A DNA stretch of 53,317 bases from NCBI GenBank assembly GCA_964395875.1, contig CAYNCS010000002.1:1-53317 (forward strand), read 5' to 3'. Below the pieces are notes generated by a model, which did no database searches, was not told the DNA's origin, and saw only the letters and a list, made by a program, of their open reading frames with translations. Position numbers and translations under genes: made by a program. The first letter of the stretch is position 1. Each line of letters opens with the position of its first letter. Source of the DNA: an uncultured Caulobacteraceae bacterium (GTDB taxonomy: Bacteria > Pseudomonadota > Alphaproteobacteria > Caulobacterales > Aquidulcibacteraceae). Shown piece by piece: positions 43,683 to 51,805 of this stretch.

Positions 43683-45046
43683 TGGGCCTCGACATTCGCC
43701 TCGGACCATTGCGGGCGGATGGCTTCAACATCATGCGTTCGGGCGTGCGCTGGCTGTGCGAGCCGGGCCAGTATTGCCGTCCGAACCAGATTTTCGCGTA
43801 TTGCAATCTGACGCTGGAGCCGACGGGCGGCCGCCTCGCCGGTCCGTCGCCGTTCGCCGAAGAGCTGGAGCTGCAGATCGGCATCGCATCGCGCGTCGGC
43901 GGCCGGGTCTTTGCGAACGCCGAAGCCGCGCGCGGCGGCTATCTCAGCATCCGCTCCGTCGATCTGTGGGACCCCGACTACGTCGTTGCGACCTTCGAGC
44001 CCGAGGACGGCGCGGGCATTTCTGACGCTTCTTCGCGCGCACGTCTCCTGGCGCTGGCCGGCCGGCGCATGACCGATCTGGCCGATACGCATTCCGGCCT
44101 TTTGCCCGGATGGCATGCACGCAGCCGCGGCTGGTGGTGCGATGAAGGCGAAACGCCGCTGACATTGCTGGCGCTTGGCGTGTGCGACGTCACCGGCGTG
44201 ATGCTGGGCGAGGAATGCGCGTTCTTCGAAATGTTCGAAAGCGTGCCGCAAGCCGCGCAAATGGTCGTGGTGCCTGATCATCCTCTGGCGCCGGCTGTGC
44301 CGGTTTTGCTGGATCAATTGCGCCGCACGCCCGCGCAATTCGATGCGCTGTCCGAAGACCTGCAGAGTTTCTTTGCGCGCCCGAACGTCAAGCCCACGCC
44401 GAACGATCTTTCGTTTGCGGGCATCATGCTGTCGATGATGCAGCGCAATCCGATCCGCGAGAATTACAGTGTCTTCACGCCGCGCGGGTTGTTGAGTCTC
44501 GGCCCGGCGGACGCGGTTTTGCTGTCGCTCGCCGTCGAGCCGACCTCGATCCTGCGGCACAAGAAGCTCGGCTGTCACGTGCATATCATGCGCCACCACC
44601 AGACGGCGGCGGGTCCGGCCATGCGCGCATGGCTGTCGGAAGCGTTCGAGCCGGTGAAGCGGTCGATCAGCGACATCAAGCGCGACTACGAAACCATGAT
44701 CGACTCCATCGCGCGCACCACAGGCGGCCGGGTCATCGTGCTCAACCGCATGTCGACGTCCGGCCACGAAGACATTTCCAACTACATGGCGTTCGACGCG
44801 CCGATGAGCGACACGCTCACCTACATCTCCGCCAAGGAAACCAATCTGATGCTGGAAGACATCGCGGCGGAGCGCGAAATCTACATCATCGACGTTGACG
44901 CAATCGCGGCGGACGTCGGCGGGGCGGAGCACCTGCCCGACGGCATCCATCAGAGCGGCGAAATGCAGACCCTGTTGCGGCAGGAATTGCGCGCGGCGCT
45001 CGACCAGATCGGCCAGAGCGCGGCGCGGACCGCAGCGGTCAGATAA
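43682..45046 (+). CDS. Two-part hypothetical protein: N-terminal Lys-less lipoyl-like segment plus C-terminal SGNH-like domain (paralogue C)
   Basis: Its ATG shares 1 nt with the preceding stop (TAATG). N-terminus GVRWLCEPGQYCRPNQIFAYCNLTLEP fits the lipoyl-domain pattern but without the Lys. C-terminus ISAKETNLMLEDIAAEREIYIIDVDAIAADVGGAEHLPDGIHQSGEMQTLLRQEL. The opposite-strand ORF 43679..44950 is shadow. Confidence 0.6.
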   Translation: MGLDIRLGPLRADGFNIMRSGVRWLCEPGQYCRPNQIFAYCNLTLEPTGGRLAGPSPFAEELELQIGIASRVGGRVFANAEAARGGYLSIRSVDLWDPDYVVATFEPEDGAGISDASSRARLLALAGRRMTDLADTHSGLLPGWHARSRGWWCDEGETPLTLLALGVCDVTGVMLGEECAFFEMFESVPQAAQMVVVPDHPLAPAVPVLLDQLRRTPAQFDALSEDLQSFFARPNVKPTPNDLSFAGIMLSMMQRNPIRENYSVFTPRGLLSLGPADAVLLSLAVEPTSILRHKKLGCHVHIMRHHQTAAGPAMRAWLSEAFEPVKRSISDIKRDYETMIDSIARTTGGRVIVLNRMSTSGHEDISNYMAFDAPMSDTLTYISAKETNLMLEDIAAEREIYIIDVDAIAADVGGAEHLPDGIHQSGEMQTLLRQELRAALDQIGQSAARTAAVR

Positions 45047-45341
45047 CGTCGAATTCGATTTTCAGATCGGAAAAGTCGTCGCCTTCGGGCAGCGGCTCGT
45101 CGGGCGTGTCGCTGAAAATCGCCAACACCAGACCGATGGCGCACCAATCGCCCGGCTCGGCGTTCACCTTGCGCAGAAAGCCGGGTTGCCCGGCGCGCGC
45201 CTCGACAACCGCTTTGTGCGTCTCCAGTTCGACGATCAGGTCCCCCGCCTGAAACTCGGCGCCCGGCTCGCCATGCCATTCCATGACGCGAATTTCTTCG
45301 ACGCCGGGCACAGCCGCGGGCACCAGCAATTTATAGATCAT
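45039..45341 (-). CDS. Free-standing lipoyl-attachment (biotinyl/lipoyl carrier) domain protein
   Basis: About 100 aa. GDLIVELETHKAVVEARAGQPGFL matches the lipoyl-lysine hairpin (E-T-x-K-A). ATG 45341 is preceded by GGAG (the ORF-track GTG is at 45350). It lies 25-35 nt downstream of the E1-beta gene. Confidence 0.75.
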   Translation of the reverse strand: MIYKLLVPAAVPGVEEIRVMEWHGEPGAEFQAGDLIVELETHKAVVEARAGQPGFLRKVNAEPGDWCAIGLVLAIFSDTPDEPLPEGDDFSDLKIEFDVI

Positions 45342-45375
45342 TCCCCACACTCCATCTGGACGTTTCTTCGCAACG

Positions 45376-46362
45376 TCACCGCGACACTAATTCCCGGATC
45401 GCCTGCGCCACGCGTTGCGGATCGGGCAGGCAGGCGGGTTCCAGGACAGGATTCGAAGACACCGGTGCGGGCACGGCGCCGATACGCACCCAGGGGCGCG
45501 GGCCAATGCGCTCAAACACACGGGCCATAACCTCCACGCCGACGCCGGTCGTGGTCTGGCCTTCCTCAAGCGTCGCCAGGCGGCCGGTCTTTTCAACCGA
45601 ACGCACCACCGTGCCCACATCCATCGGGGCGAGGCTGCGCAAATCGACGACTTCGCAAGATATGCCTTCCTCGGCGAGCAGCTCCGCCGCCTGCAGCGCC
45701 ACGCGCGTGATGAAGCCGTGCACGCTGATCGTGACGTCGGCCCCCTCGCGCCGCACGATCGCTTCGCCGAACGGAATTGCAAATTCCTCCACCGGCACTT
45801 CACCCGGCGTCGGGAACAGCTTTTTGTGGTCGATGAACACAACGGGACCGTCGCAACGCAGCGCCGTCTTCATCAGGCCATAGGCGTCGGCGGGCGTGGA
45901 CGGCGCGACGACCTTCAGGCCCGGCACGCTCATCAGCCAGGCTTCAATGCATTGGGAATGCGCTACGCCCTGGCCCGCGGCGCCCGCCGTCGTCTTCACG
46001 ACCAGCGGCGCCGTCAATCGGCCATTGGTCTTGTAGCGGAGCTTCGCGGCGTAATTGATCAGCGGATCGAAGCCGAGCATCAGGAAGTCCATATAGGTGA
46101 TGCTCACCAGCGGGCGATAGCCGAAGGCCGCCGCGCCCGCGCCAATCCCGATGCTGGCGTTTTCCGAAACCGGCGTATCGCGCACGCGCTCCGGCCCGAA
46201 TTCGGTGAAGATTCCATCGAACTCCCGATAGGAGCCGCCGAACGAGCCGACGTCCTGACCCATCAGCAGGATGCGCGGATCGGCGCGCATTTCCTCGCGC
46301 ACGGCGCGCGCGATCGCTTCGCGGAAAAAAATCTTCTTTGTGGCGGGCGGATTACTCGACAT
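45376..46362 (-). CDS. 2-oxoacid (pyruvate/acetoin/branched-chain) dehydrogenase E1 component, beta subunit
   Basis: Start at ATG 46362 (MSSNPPATKKIFFREAI...). Transketolase-like pyrimidine-binding and C-terminal domains (LLMGQDVGSFGG, RVRDTPVSENASIG, GVAHSQC, LKVVAPSTPADAYGL). Confidence 0.9.
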   Translation of the reverse strand: MSSNPPATKKIFFREAIARAVREEMRADPRILLMGQDVGSFGGSYREFDGIFTEFGPERVRDTPVSENASIGIGAGAAAFGYRPLVSITYMDFLMLGFDPLINYAAKLRYKTNGRLTAPLVVKTTAGAAGQGVAHSQCIEAWLMSVPGLKVVAPSTPADAYGLMKTALRCDGPVVFIDHKKLFPTPGEVPVEEFAIPFGEAIVRREGADVTISVHGFITRVALQAAELLAEEGISCEVVDLRSLAPMDVGTVVRSVEKTGRLATLEEGQTTTGVGVEVMARVFERIGPRPWVRIGAVPAPVSSNPVLEPACLPDPQRVAQAIRELVSR

Positions 46363-47284
46363 GGTCGAGCACTCCGGCCGGATCTGGGTACGGCGAGGCG
46401 TCGGCGAAGGCGAGCGCGGCCGCTGCGCCATCCGCCGCTTCCTTCTCCAGCGCCGCGAAGTCATCGACGCTCAGGTTCAGGCGCGCCGCGATCTTCTTGA
46501 TGGGGCAGAATTCCCGCAACGCCGCCAGTTCAGCACGCGAGCGTGTTTCGCGCGCGGTGGTGGAGTGCGAGCGCAACCGGATGGAGATGCATTCGACGAA
46601 AGCCGGCCCGGCGCCGTTTCGCACGTGATCGACCGCCTCCTTCATCGCCGCTGCGACCGCTTCCACGTCGAGGCCGTCCACGGTCTTTGACAACAATCCG
46701 AAGGTTGCGCCTAGGTCGGAGAGTTTTTTCGGCGCCAGCGCGTCTGTGCGCGCCACCGACACCGACAATTGGTTGTTGTTGCAGACGAACAGCAGCGGCA
46801 GCTTCCAGTTCGCCGCCATGTTCAGGGTTTCATGCAGCGCGCCCGCGCCGCAGGCGCCGTCGCCGAACATGATGACGACCACGCCGCCGTCTTTTTCCAT
46901 CTGCTTGGCGAGCGCGATGCCCGCCGCGATGCTGATATTGCCGCCGACCACGGCGTGTGCGCCGAAGAAGCCAGCGGACGGTTCCGAGAAATGCCCGCGT
47001 CCCGCGCGGCCTCCATTAAAGCCCGCAACCTTGCCCAGCAATTCCGCCATCATGCCGCCGGGATCGACGCCGCGCGCCAGAGCCGGCCCGATCGAACGGC
47101 CGCCCGTCAGCAATTGATCGCGTTCATCCAGAACGGAGGCCAGGCCGACCGCGACCGCTTCTTCGCCCGAGGACAGCAACTGGAATCCGTGATCCTTGCG
47201 TTCGGACAGCGCCGTCTCAAACGCGCGAATGCGCATCATGGCGCGCAGGGATTCATGCAGGTCAATTACCGTGGACATGCTCAT
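46352..47284 (-). CDS. 2-oxoacid dehydrogenase E1 component, alpha subunit (TPP-binding)
   Basis: TPP motif GDGACGAGALHETLNMAANWKLPLLFVCNNN. 310 aa. Overlaps the beta-subunit gene by 11 nt. Confidence 0.9.
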   Translation of the reverse strand: MSMSTVIDLHESLRAMMRIRAFETALSERKDHGFQLLSSGEEAVAVGLASVLDERDQLLTGGRSIGPALARGVDPGGMMAELLGKVAGFNGGRAGRGHFSEPSAGFFGAHAVVGGNISIAAGIALAKQMEKDGGVVVIMFGDGACGAGALHETLNMAANWKLPLLFVCNNNQLSVSVARTDALAPKKLSDLGATFGLLSKTVDGLDVEAVAAAMKEAVDHVRNGAGPAFVECISIRLRSHSTTARETRSRAELAALREFCPIKKIAARLNLSVDDFAALEKEAADGAAAALAFADASPYPDPAGVLDHVE

Positions 47285-48162
47285 CTCTGCGGCTGACGCT
47301 GACGGAAGAGGCGGGACACGCCCTGCGCCAATAGAATCACGCTTTCTTTGGCGCCGCGATTGCGGATCGCCTGGTTGAGGCGATGAAAGGCTTCCTGCGG
47401 ACCGATGCGGCCGTTCAGCACCTGTCGCACCAGCCAGCCCACGTGATTTTCCTGCACGGTGTCGGTGACCGTGGCCGCCATCTGCCGGCGCCGGCCCTGG
47501 CCCATGGCCACGACGTCGGACAATTTGATGTCGGTCGCCAGACCGGCGGCGGGTTTGTGCGCCTCAAGAAATGCGCGCGCGGAATCCTGGATTTCAAAGG
47601 AGGCGAGGGCGTCCAGGGCGTTGGCGGCGACGCAGGTCGCGATCGCGTTGGCGGCGTGATCCACGACGACGGCGCCGCCGAGGCGATAATCGGTCTGCAG
47701 CCGGCGGCCGCCGATGTCCGCGAGTATCCGGTCAAGGTCGATCACGAAGCAGCCATACTCACGCGACATTTCCGCCGCCAGCAAGTTCAACCGGCGGATG
47801 CGCAGCAATCGCCGCTGGGCGTCTTCCTCCGAGGGCGGAACATGGCGCAGGATCGTGCAAAGGAAGACCGGATCGCCCGCTCCGCTCAACGCTTCGCAGG
47901 TCTGACGCAATTGCGCTTCCGCTTCAGACCAGAGCGTATCCAGCTGATCCAGCGCCGGGATCAGCGAGACGATTGTGATCGCGCCGTCGGCGGGCGCGTC
48001 CTGAAGGGCGGCGGCCTCCGGCGCAACGCTGATTTCGGCGCGCCAATCTTCGGTTGAGGCTTGCTTCAGCGCATCACACAGCAGGAGTCCCGCGCGGCCG
48101 ACGATCGCCTGCTCCTGGGGCGGGACGGCGGCGCGAATCCTGATCGTGTGCGCTTCGCTCAT
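47281..48162 (-). CDS. SGNH-like hypothetical protein, paralogue B
   Basis: 293 aa. LLRIRRLNLLAAEMSREYGCFVIDLDRILADIGGRRLQTD is collinear with paralogues A and C. 4-nt overlaps with both neighbouring genes. Confidence 0.6.
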   Translation of the reverse strand: MSEAHTIRIRAAVPPQEQAIVGRAGLLLCDALKQASTEDWRAEISVAPEAAALQDAPADGAITIVSLIPALDQLDTLWSEAEAQLRQTCEALSGAGDPVFLCTILRHVPPSEEDAQRRLLRIRRLNLLAAEMSREYGCFVIDLDRILADIGGRRLQTDYRLGGAVVVDHAANAIATCVAANALDALASFEIQDSARAFLEAHKPAAGLATDIKLSDVVAMGQGRRRQMAATVTDTVQENHVGWLVRQVLNGRIGPQEAFHRLNQAIRNRGAKESVILLAQGVSRLFRQRQPQR

Positions 48163-49178
48163 GCGCTCTCCAGCGCGTAGCGCATGTGGGCTGCGCGCAC
48201 GGCGTCCCGTCCGAGGATGCCCTTGCAGCGTTCAGCTGCGGCGGCGAGGTCGGCCAGGGAATGCAGCCGCGCCGCTTCGGGCAGGGTCGTCGATTCGCTG
48301 AGGCTGTCCCACAGGACCGCCATCAAGGCGACTTCGGGCAGCGGGTGTTCGGCGTAAAAGATGTTTTCCCACTCCGGCTCGTGCAGCGGGTCGCGCCAGC
48401 CGCTTCGGTGAGTCATGTGGTACGTGCGGCCGGTGCAGCCGGCCATGCGCAGACCATTCGCACACAGACGAAGCGCCAATTCACGATGCTCGTTGATCGT
48501 GATGGCGGGATGAAAGCCGCCGCTGGACAGAAAGGCCTCGCGCGACAGCGACTGATTGGAGCCGGACGCCGCGCACCACAGCACGGGATTGTCCGGCTCG
48601 GACATCAGCGCGTCCATTTCCATCTCGAACAATTTGCGCGGACCGAAGCCGGGATAGATGCCGCCCTGCCCGCGCTTGTCGACTGCGGGAAAGTCGGTGC
48701 GGATCTGTTCCCGAGTGACGCGGTTCCGCGCCAGTTCGTTTGCGCTCATGCGGGCGACGCGGGCTTCCTCGCCCGGCATCGGCGTGCCGGTTTCGGGGTC
48801 CTGGAACGACCGTGTGCAGCGCAGATGATAGGTTTCGCCCCGCACCACAAGATGGGGCGCGCGCCGGTGCTGCTCCATATGGCGCTCGACAAGGTCCGGT
48901 GCGGCCAGCGTGTCGCCGTCGAGGAAGATGACGATCTCGCCCGACGCCAGATTGGCCCCGGCGTTCGCGGCGCCGGAGCGGCCGGCGGGTTTGTCATGAT
49001 GGATCGGTGCGAGATCCATCGCGCCCTGCATTTCAGCGATGACGGCGCGCGTGTGATCGGACGAGCCGTCATTGACGACGACGACCTGCGCCGGCTCCGT
49101 CTGATGCGCGAGGGACGTCAGCGTCAGACGCAGCCGATCCGCTTCATCTTTCGATCTGATCACCACGCTGGCGCGCAT
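48159..49178 (-). CDS. Glycosyltransferase family 2
   Basis: MRASVVIRSKDEADRLRLTLTSL..., VVVVNDGSSDHT, DxD at IFLDGDTL. ATG 49178 is preceded by GGGGGAA (the ORF-track start at 49286 is TTG). Confidence 0.8.
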   Translation of the reverse strand: MRASVVIRSKDEADRLRLTLTSLAHQTEPAQVVVVNDGSSDHTRAVIAEMQGAMDLAPIHHDKPAGRSGAANAGANLASGEIVIFLDGDTLAAPDLVERHMEQHRRAPHLVVRGETYHLRCTRSFQDPETGTPMPGEEARVARMSANELARNRVTREQIRTDFPAVDKRGQGGIYPGFGPRKLFEMEMDALMSEPDNPVLWCAASGSNQSLSREAFLSSGGFHPAITINEHRELALRLCANGLRMAGCTGRTYHMTHRSGWRDPLHEPEWENIFYAEHPLPEVALMAVLWDSLSESTTLPEAARLHSLADLAAAAERCKGILGRDAVRAAHMRYALESA

Positions 49179-49689
49179 TGTTCCCCCGAACATTCTTGGA
49201 TCGAACTCTTTTAAAGCTGCGTAGGGGCAGAGATTGAACAGCGATTGCGCAAAGCGCGCCGCCAGCTGCTCACTTCCCGTCGGCAATGCTCAAGCGCGTG
49301 CGATCTCGCAAAAAAATCCATCGCCCAAGCACCCGAAAGGTTAATCCGTGAGCAGGGCAATGGGTAGAGCTTTCACCCAATATTCATGCAGCGATACTCG
49401 CGGTACGGGTGTACGTGACCAGAAAATTGGCGCTCTGAAAGCCAGGCGACAATTAACGGAGCGCCTGGCGGCGTTCCGCGCCTCGGATTGCATGGAATTA
49501 TTCTTGGTAGGGACGATTACCGCTGCCGGGCGCCATCACATTTGTGTGCGGGCGCTGCGGTGCGTTTCTGCATCCCGCGCCGTGGGCGGCTGACCGCATT
49601 AGGGTTGCGGCAGGATGCTCCGGCGCCTCTGCGATTGAGTGGAGGCCCTGTTGAGGCGCCGTCGTCCAATGGAGTCCGGAAAAGTGGGA

Positions 49690-49765
<76 letters not shown>

Positions 49766-49880
49766 GGACCATTCTGTAGACCGGTTTGGGGGCCGGTCAT
49801 TTTGAGGCGCGGAACATAGTGTCGGTTCCGCGATCGATCAAGCGGCTATTCTATGGCCGCCGCGCCTTGAGGTGAAGGCC

Positions 49881-50348
49881 TTACAGGTCTTCGTCTTTTT
49901 CGCCGATATCCCCGATTTCCTCTTCGAATTCGTCGTCATCGTCTTCGAGGAACGGAACGGAATCGTCGTCTTCAGCGTCTTCGACTTCGACGTCGGCTTC
50001 CGAGAAACCTTCGCCCAGATCCTCTTCCTCACCGGCGACGGTATCGTCGTCGTCGTCGATCAGCGTGCCTTCCGGCGCGTCGTCGGCGACTTCCTCAAGC
50101 TCCGCCGCCTCGACTTCTTCGTCGTCAGGCGCCGCCGCTTCTTCGTTCTCCGGCGCCTCTTCGTCGTCAGTGGCCGGGTCATAGGCGCCGGCGCGGGTGG
50201 CCTTCACGCGGCGGGTGCGAAAGACCTCGTCGCCTGGGTCAAAGGTGAACGCGCATTTAGGGCACACCGCCGGGCGGCGGGTCAGGTCATAAAACTTGGC
50301 TCCGCATTGCGGGCAGGTTTGTTTTTCGCCGACATCAATCTTGGGCAC
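49881..50348 (-). CDS. Zinc-ribbon protein with long acidic tail (FYDLN_acid / TIGR02300-like)
   Basis: N-terminus CPQCGAKFYDLTRRPAVCPKC, followed by a ~100-aa Asp/Glu-rich tail. Divergent from aroA. Confidence 0.8.
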   Translation of the reverse strand: MPKIDVGEKQTCPQCGAKFYDLTRRPAVCPKCAFTFDPGDEVFRTRRVKATRAGAYDPATDDEEAPENEEAAAPDDEEVEAAELEEVADDAPEGTLIDDDDDTVAGEEEDLGEGFSEADVEVEDAEDDDSVPFLEDDDDEFEEEIGDIGEKDEDL

Positions 50349-50428
50349 GGGCTATCCGACGATCCATGTGAATGGGCGCGACCGCTTGCCACGTTCGCAG
50401 CGCCCTGTCAAAACCCCGCGAACCCAAA

Positions 50429-51805
50429 ATGACGATTTCAGCCAATCCTATCGCCGCCGCGGCGGCGCCCTTCTCGTCCAAGTCCTCTTCGGGCCTGCGC
50501 GGCGTAGCCGCTGCGCCGGGCGACAAGTCGGTGTCGCACCGGGCTTTGCTGCTGGGCGGGATGGCAGAAGGCGAGACGGCGATCACCGGCCTGCTGGAAA
50601 GCGACGATGTTCTGAACACCGCCAAGGCGGTGGCGGCCCTGGGCGCGGAGGTGACGCATCTCGGGCCGGGCGCCTGGCGGGTGCGGGGCGTCGGGGCCAG
50701 GGGCTTCTCAAGTCCGGCCCAGACCCTGGATTTCGGCAATTCCGGCACCGGCTCGCGCCTCGCCATGGGCGTGGTCGCCGGCTATCCGATCGCGGCGACG
50801 TTCGATGGGGATTCCTCATTGCGCGGCCGGCCTATGGAGCGCGTTCTGGCCCCGCTGCGCCTGATGGGCGCCGAGGCGGAGACCGCGCCGGGCGGCAAGC
50901 TGCCGCTGACGTTGCGCGGCCGGAAAGCCTTGAAAGCCATTGAGTTTGCGCCGCCCCAGGCTTCCGCCCAGGTGAAATCCGCGATCCTTTTGGCCGGCCT
51001 GCATGCGGACGGGGTCACGCTGGTGGATGAAAGCCACGCCACGCGCGACCACTCTGAAAACATGCTGCGCGGCTTCGGCGCGCGCGTGGAGACCGAGGCG
51101 CTTGGACTGCGCAGGCTGGTCCGGATTTGGGGCGGGGCGCAGCTGAAGGGCCAGACCATCGCCACGCCCGGAGATCCCTCCTCGGCGGCGTTTCTGGTGG
51201 CGGCCGCCTTGTTGATCCCGGGCTCTGACGTCCGGGTGACCGGCGTGATGCTGAACCCGACGCGCACCGGCTTGTTCGAGACCCTGAAGGACATGGGCGC
51301 GGATCTGACGATCGAAAACGTCCGCTCTGAAGGCGGCGAGCCTGCGGGCGATCTGGTCGTCCGCCATTCGGCGCTCAAGGGCGTCACCGTGCCGCCCGAG
51401 CGCGCGCCGTCGATGATCGACGAATATCCGATCCTGTCGGTGATCGCCAGCTTCGCCGAGGGCGAGACGCGGATGTTGGGCGTGCACGAATTGCGGGTGA
51501 AGGAAAGCGACCGCATCGCGTTGTCGATGGATGTGCTGCGGGCGGCGGGCGTGACCTGCGCCGACGGTCCGGACGAATTGATCGTGCAGGGAAAGGGCGC
51601 CGGGGGCGTCGAGGGCTGGGGCGTCAAGGACGCGCTGCCCACGCACGGCGATCACCGCATCGCGATGTCGGGCCTGGTCCTGGGGCTGGCCAGCAAGAAG
51701 GGCGCGCGCGTCGCCGAGGCGGACATGATCGCCACCTCGTTCCCGGATTTTTTCGACCGCATGGAGAGCCTGGGGGCGGTTTTCGCTGAAAGGCCGGGCG
51801 TTTGA
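50429..51805 (+). CDS. aroA: 3-phosphoshikimate 1-carboxyvinyltransferase (EPSP synthase)
   Basis: APGDKSVSHRALLLGGMAEGET, LDFGNSGTGSRL, VKESDRI, HGDHRIAMS motifs. Start chosen at ATG 50429. Confidence 0.9.
   Translation: MTISANPIAAAAAPFSSKSSSGLRGVAAAPGDKSVSHRALLLGGMAEGETAITGLLESDDVLNTAKAVAALGAEVTHLGPGAWRVRGVGARGFSSPAQTLDFGNSGTGSRLAMGVVAGYPIAATFDGDSSLRGRPMERVLAPLRLMGAEAETAPGGKLPLTLRGRKALKAIEFAPPQASAQVKSAILLAGLHADGVTLVDESHATRDHSENMLRGFGARVETEALGLRRLVRIWGGAQLKGQTIATPGDPSSAAFLVAAALLIPGSDVRVTGVMLNPTRTGLFETLKDMGADLTIENVRSEGGEPAGDLVVRHSALKGVTVPPERAPSMIDEYPILSVIASFAEGETRMLGVHELRVKESDRIALSMDVLRAAGVTCADGPDELIVQGKGAGGVEGWGVKDALPTHGDHRIAMSGLVLGLASKKGARVAEADMIATSFPDFFDRMESLGAVFAERPGV

Noticed and set aside
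43679-44950. 423-aa minus-strand ORF opposite the 454-aa gene (similarly 45415..46500 and 48186..49214 on the plus strand opposite E1-beta and GT2)
   Set aside because: Arg/His/Asp-rich with no motifs. The chosen frames show paralogy or known-family motifs and translational coupling.
43682-45046. The 454-aa protein as a conventional but divergent E2 acyltransferase
   Set aside because: It has no DHRxxDG catalytic motif (AEHLPDGIH has the wrong spacing) and no lipoyl Lys. Its C-terminus is paralogous to the two SGNH-like proteins and not CAT-like. I keep it only as an architectural analogy, to be tested by structure prediction.
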